Positions 14,728 to 21,915 of a stretch of 32,000 bases of DNA are shown in pieces. A program made the translations under genes and the position numbers. The first letter of the stretch is position 1; each line of letters begins with the position of its first letter. This DNA comes from Geotalea uraniireducens Rf4 (GTDB lineage: Bacteria; Desulfobacterota; Desulfuromonadia; Geobacterales; Geobacteraceae): positions 1,110,001 through 1,142,000 of the forward strand of contig NC_009483.1 of the NCBI RefSeq assembly GCF_000016745.1, read 5' to 3'. The notes below the pieces were generated by a model. The model searched no databases, had not been told where the DNA came from, and saw nothing but the letters and a program-made list of their open reading frames with translations.

Positions 14728-17700
14728 ATGGCAGAAGAAAACCACAAAAGACACTCCTTGTTTTCTATTGTGCAAAACCAAACAAGAGAAACAACTCAGG
14801 AGAGCTACAAGCGTGTTGGCGCCTGGTTTTTGGGGTCATGCGGCGAAAATGCCGATCTGATGGAAAATTTGGTAACCGCCAGTCTTAGCGAGCATGCCAA
14901 TTTTCGTAAAACCTACTTTAACGATCCGCCTTATATCGATACGGATATAAAATCTTCGCAGGAGTACAAAACAGCCTGCAATAACCTCGAAATCGCCCGC
15001 AAAGAGTTATCCCAAAAACTGCATGACAGCGTGCCTTTTTTTAGCGAACGCTACCAGGCACACATGAATTGGGATACCGTTTTACCGGCCAATGTCGGCT
15101 ATATTACCGCCATGATGTACAACCAAAATAATGTTGCCACCGAAGGCGGTCCCCAAACTTGTGCACTGGAAAAAGAGGTTGGTGAGCAGCTGTGCAGCTT
15201 GATGGGATTTGCCAAAGAGTTCGTGGTGAATACCAACGATAATCCAATTAAGGTTAATCCTTGGGGGCATATCACAGCTGACGGCACAATTGCTAATCTG
15301 GAATCCATGTGGGTAGCACGAAATTTGAAATTCTACCCTTTGGCTGTGAAAGAGGCTCTGTTTTGCTACAGGAAGAACGAGCTTGCCGAAGCCTATAATA
15401 AACTTACAGTTACCGTTTATGAAGCGGAAGATAACCCGACGATGATGGTACGTAAAACTAAACTCCTGGTTAATTGTACTACTTGGCAGCTGCTTAATCT
15501 GTTGCCTGATGAAGTTTCCTGTCTGGCTGAAAATATTATTCACTATTGTCCACAATATAAAGAAACCGGTATTGATAAATTTCTGACCCCGTTTTTAATC
15601 CAAAACAAGGGACTGATGTACTACACACAAACGTACCCTGAGATAAAAAGCATGAGAGTCTTCGTACCGGCTACCAACCACTATTCATGGCCAAAATCGG
15701 GAACTGTTCTGGGGCTGGGGCAAGATAGCGTTGTGGGTATTCCGGTTGACAATAATTGCCGCATGGATATTAACATTTTAAGAAATCAACTATTGGAATG
15801 CGCCCAAAACAAGATCCCTGTTTTAATGGTTGTCGGTGTAATCGGCAGTACCGAAGAAGGCGTGGTGGATAACCTTGAAGGTATTCTTAAACTGCGTAAA
15901 GAGACAATCAGTGGAAGCTATCAATTTAACGGATTAAATTTCCTTATCCACTGCGATGCAGCTTGGGGCGGCTACCTGCGCACTATGATGGTCAATCCTA
16001 AAACCGATAACGCAGAAGTTGTACAGGCCGAGTTTGTGGCCGATGTACCGCTCTCATCATATGCTCAAAAACAATATGCTCTTTTACAAATGGCTGACAC
16101 GCTGACTGTTGATCCGCACAAGGCAGGTTTTATACCGTACCCGGCCGGTTCGCTTTGTTATCGTAACGGATTCATGCGCTACTTCATTACATTTAACGCC
16201 GCCTACATTCATTCGGATAAAAATCTTAACATGGGTATCTTTGGCCTGGAAGGTTCCAAGCCGGGGGCTGCCGCTGCGGCTGTCTGGATGGCTCATCGTA
16301 CGATTCCATTGGATAACAGCGGCTATGGCTTGATTCTTGGCGAGTGTGCCTTCAGCGCAAAACTTTACTACTGCTACTGGCTGACACTGGCAGGCGACAG
16401 CGATGTTTTCAGAATAGAATCGCTGGTACCGCTGCCGGAAAAAATTACCGGCTATCAAGGTCAAACCTTAGCTACCGGTAAAGCAGACATTATCCGCTAT
16501 ATCAGAAACAACATTATCGGCAAAACCAACGAGCATTTGGCTAAAAATCCGGATCTGATTGCCGTTTTACAACAAATTGGTTCAGATGTGCTGATCAACT
16601 CCTTCGTGGTTAACTTTAAGAACAAAGACGGACGATGGAATACAGATCTTACCAAGCTGAATACGCTTAACAATAATCTGTTAAAGAAATTTTCCATTAC
16701 CACGCCTGAACAAGCCCATGAAAAAAATACACCATTTATCATTACCAGCTCTAATTTAACCAATCAAAACTACAAAGTACCATTGACAAGAATTGGTAAA
16801 GAGCTGGGCATTGCCATACCTGACGAACAGTCCATGACATTTATCATCAACACGATTTTGCATCCCTGGCCAACAACGAACGGCTTTATCAACACGATCA
16901 TGAGCCTGTTTAAACAGGAAGTTTTAAATCAAATCAAAACCCTGCAAACAACAGAAACCCTGCAACAGCTTGTCATGGAAGCCGTCGCAACTGACCGTGT
17001 AACAGCGATTCCAAGCGACGCCACCGCCAGACCTGCCCGCTGGTATAATCTCAATAACTCCTATGCCGGTTATGCTAAAGCCGATAAAAACGGCAACGAG
17101 CTGTTTTACTGGTTCTTTGAAAGCCAGACAAAACCAACCGAACAGACACCACTGGTACTTTGGCTTAATGGTGGACCGGGTGCATCCTCTTTAGCCGGTC
17201 TGTTTTTAGAAAACGGACCATTTGCCATGGGAAGTGATGGTATGCTTACACCAAACAGTTACAGCTGGAATACCAAAACCCATCTTATCTACTGGGATCA
17301 GCCTGCAGGCACCGGTTTCAGCACAAAAAAACCAAACACCTACGTTACAACCGAAGCGGAACTGGCCAAACAGTTTGTCAATGCCCTGCAGGATTTCTAT
17401 GCCAAACATCCTGAATACCGCAACAATCCACTCTATCTGACAGGGGAAAGTTATGCCGGTAAATATTTGCCGTACATTGCCACAGAGATCACAACACGCA
17501 ACAAAACAGGCAATGAGCTTAAGATTCACCTGCATGGCATAGCCATTGGTGACGGCTGGATGTACCCGGAAAAACAAACTCTTGATCAGATTGAGTATGC
17601 TTATATGCTTGGTTTGGTCGATGCCAATCAAAAAAGGCTTGCTCTAGAACAATTTGAGCAGTTCTCCGTGGATTTGAAAAAAGGGGATATGAAACAGGCA

Positions 17701-18309
17701 TTCACGGATGGAACAAAAGTAAGTTCCACTTTAACTGCCTGCGGCGGCGGTGAAAATATCTATGATGTCCGTAGTTGGTCGGATGCTTCATTGCAACCAT
17801 TGCGCAACTACCTGGGCAGCCCTTTGGTGAAACAGGCTATTCATGTGCCGCAAGAGGTTGTCTGGAGTTTTGAAGATGCTGCGGGACCGGTTTCCGATAA
17901 CCTGATTAACGACATGATGGCCTCGGTTACTGCGGTTATTCCCCCTTTGGTTGACATACAAAGCAACGGGAAGCCTGTCTACCAACTGCTCTTTTATACC
18001 GGCAACTTTGATATGTCCTGCGGTTTTTCCGGCACCGAACAGATTTTAAGAAACATGAATTGGTCAGGCAAAGAAAGCTGGGCCAAGTTGAAGCGCCAGG
18101 TTTGGTATACAACCGACAGCAACAATAAGAGAGTTACCCAAGGCTGCATTAAAAGACTTGCCAATCTGATGCAAATAGAGGTGCCGATGTCCGGCCATCA
18201 AGTACCATTGTATCAGCCAAAGATCTCCCAAGACATGCTGCATGCCTGGATATTTAATGAAGCGTTTAAGACCTATGATCCGTTATCTGAACAGGCAAAA
18301 GCTAAATAA
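14728..18309 (+). CDS. fusion protein: N-terminal group II PLP-dependent (tyrosine-decarboxylase-like) decarboxylase + C-terminal S10 family serine carboxypeptidase
   Basis: N-terminal part: GHITADGTIANLESMWVARNLKFYP, VPATNHYSWPKSG, LIHCDAAWGGY and TVDPHKAGFIPYPAGSLCYRN (PLP-Lys, nt 16111-16122). C-terminal part: LWLNGGPGASSLAGLFLENGPF (nt 17161-), YLTGESYAGKYLPYIA (nucleophile Ser, nt 17444-17461), and GHQVPLYQP (catalytic His, nt 18193-18207). ATG at 14728 follows aaggag. A single uninterrupted frame, about 42-45% GC by eye. Confidence 0.8.
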   Translation: MAEENHKRHSLFSIVQNQTRETTQESYKRVGAWFLGSCGENADLMENLVTASLSEHANFRKTYFNDPPYIDTDIKSSQEYKTACNNLEIARKELSQKLHDSVPFFSERYQAHMNWDTVLPANVGYITAMMYNQNNVATEGGPQTCALEKEVGEQLCSLMGFAKEFVVNTNDNPIKVNPWGHITADGTIANLESMWVARNLKFYPLAVKEALFCYRKNELAEAYNKLTVTVYEAEDNPTMMVRKTKLLVNCTTWQLLNLLPDEVSCLAENIIHYCPQYKETGIDKFLTPFLIQNKGLMYYTQTYPEIKSMRVFVPATNHYSWPKSGTVLGLGQDSVVGIPVDNNCRMDINILRNQLLECAQNKIPVLMVVGVIGSTEEGVVDNLEGILKLRKETISGSYQFNGLNFLIHCDAAWGGYLRTMMVNPKTDNAEVVQAEFVADVPLSSYAQKQYALLQMADTLTVDPHKAGFIPYPAGSLCYRNGFMRYFITFNAAYIHSDKNLNMGIFGLEGSKPGAAAAAVWMAHRTIPLDNSGYGLILGECAFSAKLYYCYWLTLAGDSDVFRIESLVPLPEKITGYQGQTLATGKADIIRYIRNNIIGKTNEHLAKNPDLIAVLQQIGSDVLINSFVVNFKNKDGRWNTDLTKLNTLNNNLLKKFSITTPEQAHEKNTPFIITSSNLTNQNYKVPLTRIGKELGIAIPDEQSMTFIINTILHPWPTTNGFINTIMSLFKQEVLNQIKTLQTTETLQQLVMEAVATDRVTAIPSDATARPARWYNLNNSYAGYAKADKNGNELFYWFFESQTKPTEQTPLVLWLNGGPGASSLAGLFLENGPFAMGSDGMLTPNSYSWNTKTHLIYWDQPAGTGFSTKKPNTYVTTEAELAKQFVNALQDFYAKHPEYRNNPLYLTGESYAGKYLPYIATEITTRNKTGNELKIHLHGIAIGDGWMYPEKQTLDQIEYAYMLGLVDANQKRLALEQFEQFSVDLKKGDMKQAFTDGTKVSSTLTACGGGENIYDVRSWSDASLQPLRNYLGSPLVKQAIHVPQEVVWSFEDAAGPVSDNLINDMMASVTAVIPPLVDIQSNGKPVYQLLFYTGNFDMSCGFSGTEQILRNMNWSGKESWAKLKRQVWYTTDSNNKRVTQGCIKRLANLMQIEVPMSGHQVPLYQPKISQDMLHAWIFNEAFKTYDPLSEQAKAK

Positions 18310-18362
18310 GTCCTAAAATAATGTTAAAACGGCAGTTACTCTCACAGGGCACACAGAGACGG

Positions 18363-18400
18363 GGGGAATGGAGACTCAACTCTCCATTCCCCATTTTTTT
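18363..18400 (+). terminator. rho-independent terminator of the fusion gene
   Basis: Stem ggggaatggaga (18363-18374), loop ctcaac, stem tctccattcccc (18381-18392), followed by attttttt. Confidence 0.85.
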
Positions 18401-18467
18401 CAAAAGGAGAACAGAGGGGGCAGCCCTTGGTGCGGGACAAATAAGAGGAGTCTAAAGCAAGTCAGTA

Positions 18468-18809
18468 TTAGTACCCCATTTCATGAAGTATGGAGCGCAG
18501 TTTTGCCACACTGATGTCTGATTGCTCAGATTTGGAGTAAACGGTGACCAGAATGATGTCGCGGGTTTTAAGGTAATAGATGCAACGGTAACCGGACCGT
18601 TTTCCTTTCTGGATGTCACTGTTTTGGAGACGTACCTAGAAGATGGTCAGGCTGACGCCAGGCACCTGGTCGCCGGGAAGCTCACCCGCCAGCAGATGAT
18701 CTATGAGTGGTTGAATATCGGAGCGGATGGAACGGTATTTCTTGGCAAGCGCACGCAGGTTGCGCTTGAATTCCAGGGTAAACGATATGATGACGTGCTC
18801 ACTGGGCAT
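18468..18809 (-). pseudogene. RelE/ParE-family type II toxin gene interrupted by an in-frame TAG at codon 58
   Basis: Hand translation gives MPSEHVIISFTLEFKRNLRALAKKYRSIRSDIQPLIDHLLAGELPGDQVPGVSLTIF*VRLQNSDIQKGKRSGYRCIYYLKTRDIILVTVYSKSEQSDISVAKLRSILHEMGY*. The stop is cta at 18636-18638 on the + strand, where homologues would be expected to have a sense codon; one base change gives Lys AAG. Both halves are under 60 aa and so are absent from the track. It overlaps the antitoxin stop by 11 nt. Confidence 0.7.
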
Positions 18810-19035
18810 CAATGCCCTTCCACAGTTCCGAAACAGGAAGAGTATTCCCTTCCAGCGCCTCCTTCATACCCGTCCGAATACTTTCAGCAGCTGGTTTGAG
18901 TAAGATGCCGTGGCGGAACCCTCGGACTATTTCAAGAAGGGCCGGTAAATATTCCTCAGGAGTGGTTTCTATCTCGTGATACAGTTCCTTGGCGCATACC
19001 GATTTTGCTGAACGCATGGCATACCTCATAATCAT
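18799..19035 (-). CDS. putative type II antitoxin (partner of the disrupted RelE/ParE-like toxin)
   Basis: A small acidic ORF immediately upstream of, and overlapping, the toxin gene. ATG at 19017 (MRSAKSV...) has the better RBS (gaggtatgcc). Family not recognised with certainty. Confidence 0.55.
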   Translation of the reverse strand: MIMRYAMRSAKSVCAKELYHEIETTPEEYLPALLEIVRGFRHGILLKPAAESIRTGMKEALEGNTLPVSELWKGIDAQ

Positions 19036-19047
19036 TTTTATTCAAAC

Positions 19048-19063
19048 TATTCATCAATGAATA
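19048..19063. promoter_or_regulatory. perfect palindrome TATTCAT-CA-ATGAATA upstream of the antitoxin gene (candidate operator)
   Basis: tattcatcaatgaata can be read directly, 13-30 nt upstream of the candidate antitoxin starts. Confidence 0.4.
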
Positions 19064-19243
19064 AGAAATGTCAAGGCATTACAAAAACAGCGGCAGTAAC
19101 AGTCCTCCTGGTGGCGATGGAAGGCAAATCCCCCTAAATCCCCCTTTCATAAAGGGGGGACTTGGTCTCTCGGAAGATTGGTACTGATCGGCAAGAACAA
19201 AGAGTACCTGACCCCCTATGGTTGCTGACATTAGCGAGATAAT

Positions 19244-19381
19244 ATGAATATCAATGAGATAAAAGAATCAATCAGAAAGTTGGGTAAGCCTGAAATAGCT
19301 GAAGTAAGCCGAAGATTTTTCAAGACCGGGCCGGGGCAGTATGGAGAAGGTTTCCAGAAGTTGAAAGGCAAAAATACCTGA
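19244..19381 (+). pseudogene. N-terminal fragment of a DNA alkylation repair (AlkD-like HEAT-repeat) protein gene
   Basis: MNINEIKESIRKLGKPEIAEVSRRFFKTGPGQYGEGFQKLKGKNT* The RFFKTGPGxYGEG motif matches the start of AlkD-family proteins, which are more than 200 aa. Here the frame stops after 45 codons. Confidence 0.5.
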
Positions 19382-19586
19382 AGAAGTAATCAGGCAGCCC
19401 AACCCTTTGCTGACCCCGCAAAAGTGTGATCCTACCAAAATCAGTTTCATGATAAATCAAACGTCTTGCAACACATTTTCTGATTGTTGGGCTATATTAG
19501 CGTGGTATAATTTGTCGGGTTCCTGTCCTGCCGGTTGGCCGGCGCAGGGTCCAAACAAAGGATAAAGAACGTGAGGGGTGACAGAC

Positions 19587-20888
19587 ATGAGAACCTTTAT
19601 ATCCATCGTGATCGTGGTGGTGTTGGGCATCACCGCTTATTATTTTTTGGGCACGCCAGCGCCTGCGGTGTCTCTGACGCCCGATGGCGGGCCGATCTCC
19701 GCAAGCCGCGAACTGGCCATTAAGCTGGACGCATCCGGAGCCCTGCTTAAAAAACTTACGGTGAGGGCCCTTCAAGGCGATAAGACGGTCGATGTCCTGG
19801 TCAAGGATTATCCCAAAGGCACCCACCAAGCCGGAGAAACCTTCAATTTCAGTCGGGCCGGCCTCAGGGAAGGCCCCTTCCAGCTGCAGATCAAGTCGAC
19901 AGATTCTCCCCTGCATTTCGGCGCCGGCAACAGTACTACACTTCTCCGCTCTTACGACATGCAGAATACGCCGCCAGTTGTCGCGGTGTTGAGCGCTGCC
20001 CACAACATCACCCGCGGAGGCGCCGGTCTGGTGGTATACACGCTCCCCAGAGAGGTTGAGAAAACAGGTGTAAAGTACGCTGACCAGTTCTCTCCCGGGT
20101 ACAGGCAGGGGGGGGGCTTTTACGCCTGTCTCTTTCCTTTCCCTTACAACATGGACCCCAAACAATACGTTCCGAGGGTGATAGCCGTTGACCGTGCCGG
20201 CAACGAGCGGCTCATGGGAATCAACTTCCATCTCCTTCCAAAAACCTTTTCCGCGGACAGGATCAATCTGTCCGACTCCTTTCTGGAGAAGGTTGCCGCT
20301 GAGTTCAAGAACAAATTTCCGCAGGCCGCAACACCACTGGAAATCTTCCAGAAGGCTAACAACCAGCTGCGGGAGCAGGATGCCAAAGCCCTTAATGAAT
20401 TCGCAAGGCAAACCTCGCCCGTGCCGCTCTGGCAGGGGGAGTTCCTGCGGTTGCCCAACTCCGCCCCACGCGGTTCCTTCGGCCAGTTCCGCATTTATCT
20501 GTATCAGGGAAAAGTCGTAGATCAGCAGACTCACCTGGGGGTCGACCTGGCCTCCCTTGCCCATTCCCCTGTGCCTGCTGCCAATCGCGGCAGGGTTGTC
20601 CATGCCGGCGACCTGGGCATTTACGGTCAGTGCATCGTAATCGACCATGGCCTGGGTCTGCAGACCCTCTACGGCCACTTGAGCCAAATGGTAGTTAAGG
20701 AAGGGGACAACGTGGAAAAAGGCCAGACTATCGGCAACACCGGGGCCACCGGCATGGCCGCCGGCGACCACCTCCACTTTGGAGTCATCGTATCCGGTGT
20801 TCCGGTCAATCCGATCGAATGGTGGGACCCGTCCTGGATCAGAAACAATGTCACGAACAAGCTCGATATGTATAAAACATCAAAATGA
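19587..20888 (+). CDS. M23 family (LytM-type) metallopeptidase with an N-terminal membrane anchor
   Basis: MRTFISIVIVVVLGITAYYFLG is a TM helix or signal anchor. The C-terminus HLGVDLA...IVIDHGLGLQTLYGHLS...GNTGATGMAAGDHLHFGV carries the HxxxD and HxH M23 motifs. ATG at 19587 follows gagggg. Confidence 0.9.
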   Translation: MRTFISIVIVVVLGITAYYFLGTPAPAVSLTPDGGPISASRELAIKLDASGALLKKLTVRALQGDKTVDVLVKDYPKGTHQAGETFNFSRAGLREGPFQLQIKSTDSPLHFGAGNSTTLLRSYDMQNTPPVVAVLSAAHNITRGGAGLVVYTLPREVEKTGVKYADQFSPGYRQGGGFYACLFPFPYNMDPKQYVPRVIAVDRAGNERLMGINFHLLPKTFSADRINLSDSFLEKVAAEFKNKFPQAATPLEIFQKANNQLREQDAKALNEFARQTSPVPLWQGEFLRLPNSAPRGSFGQFRIYLYQGKVVDQQTHLGVDLASLAHSPVPAANRGRVVHAGDLGIYGQCIVIDHGLGLQTLYGHLSQMVVKEGDNVEKGQTIGNTGATGMAAGDHLHFGVIVSGVPVNPIEWWDPSWIRNNVTNKLDMYKTSK

Positions 20889-21006
20889 GCAATCAGGCAA
20901 CCCGCAGAGCATCATGGGTTATTGCGCAGCCCGCAAATTGACCCTTCTCCCATGTCCCTTCCTGTGCTATCCTGCCCGTCCCAAATAAATCAAAAGGACG
21001 TAATGC

Positions 21007-21630
21007 ATGACACAATCCTTCATCCACATCGAATCCCCCAACTACCTGAAGGCGGAAACACTGGGAAGCCCTGCGGATTGGGCCGGCGTATTCGGCAACA
21101 ACCGGCCGCTGGCGCTTGAAATCGGCTGCGGTATCGGCGACTTCATGGTGAAGACCTCTCTCGATGCGCCGGAGACCAACTTCATCGCCATCGATTATTA
21201 CAACAAGGGGTGCTACAAGACCTGCCGCCGCATCGACCGCCACGGTCTCTCCAATGTCCGGGTGCTCAGGGAAGAGGCGCGCCAGTTCATTACCGAGCGG
21301 ATCGCCAAAGGCTCGTTATCCGCAGTCTACATCAACTGCCCCGACCCCTGGCCGAAGAAGAAGCACCGGAAGCGCCGGCTCGTGAACCGGCAATTCATGG
21401 AATTCCTCCGCGACTACCTCGCCCCGGGCGCCGACTTCTACTTCGCCACCGATTTCGACGACTACGGTATCGACGTGGCGGGGATGCTCCCCGGCGTTGA
21501 GGGGTTCGAGAATCGGCTGGCGCCGGACCTCTACGTACATGACCTGCCGGGCTATCACCTCTCCAAGTACATGCTCAAGTTCATGGCCGAGGGGAAGCGG
21601 ATCTATTTCGTTCACTACAAGCGGATCTAA
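21007..21630 (+). CDS. trmB: tRNA (guanine-N7)-methyltransferase
   Basis: [12 protein letters not shown] is the SAM motif. ...NFIAIDYY...[20 protein letters not shown] is the characteristic TrmB DPWxKxRHxKRR motif. Confidence 0.88.
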   Translation: MTQSFIHIESPNYLKAETLGSPADWAGVFGNNRPLALEIGCGIGDFMVKTSLDAPETNFIAIDYYNKGCYKTCRRIDRHGLSNVRVLREEARQFITERIAKGSLSAVYINCPDPWPKKKHRKRRLVNRQFMEFLRDYLAPGADFYFATDFDDYGIDVAGMLPGVEGFENRLAPDLYVHDLPGYHLSKYMLKFMAEGKRIYFVHYKRI

Positions 21631-21640
21631 AGCATTTTAA

Positions 21641-21761
21641 CCACGAATTTGCACGAATATATAATCTCTTGTTGTGATGCAGAAGGCACTCACCAGGCTG
21701 GTGACTACTCAAGACTTAGCAGGGTGTTAAAAACATTCGTGTTTATTCGTGTCATTCGTGG
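21641..21761. repeat. inverted CACGAAT/ATTCGTG heptamer clusters flanking a ~75-nt spacer
   Basis: The left arm is ccacgaatttgcacgaat (21641-21658). The right arm is cattcgtgtttattcgtgtcattcgtgg (21734-21761), with three ATTCGTG copies. It lies in the convergent trmB/gdh intergenic region. Confidence 0.75.
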
Positions 21762-21865
21762 CTAACTGCCGTTTTGGGGTTTAAAGACCTATAACCGTTC
21801 AGCTTTACGCTTGCCTCGATATATTCGAAATCATGGGTAATCGTGAAGTAAGCGCGATGCTGAAA

Positions 21866-21905
21866 CTTAAAAAAGCCGGTCATCTCAAGGATGGCCGGCT
21901 TTTTC
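21866..21905 (-). terminator. bidirectional intrinsic terminator (gdh side)
   Basis: aaaaaagccggtcatctcaaggatggccggcttttt is a GC-rich stem with an A-tract before and a T-tract after, 11 nt past the gdh stop. Confidence 0.75.
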
Positions 21906-21915
21906 CGTCTGGAAC

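Noticed and set aside
18522-18899. 125-aa + strand ORF MLRFGVNGDQNDVAGFKV...
   Set aside because: It is antisense to the RelE/ParE-like pseudogene and its antitoxin. The minus strand gives family-typical toxin sequence once the single amber codon is read through.
19497-20777. 426-aa minus-strand ORF opposite the M23 peptidase gene
   Set aside because: It has no recognisable motifs and an Arg/Gly/Pro-rich composition. The + strand encodes canonical M23 HxxxD/HxH motifs with an RBS and a membrane anchor.
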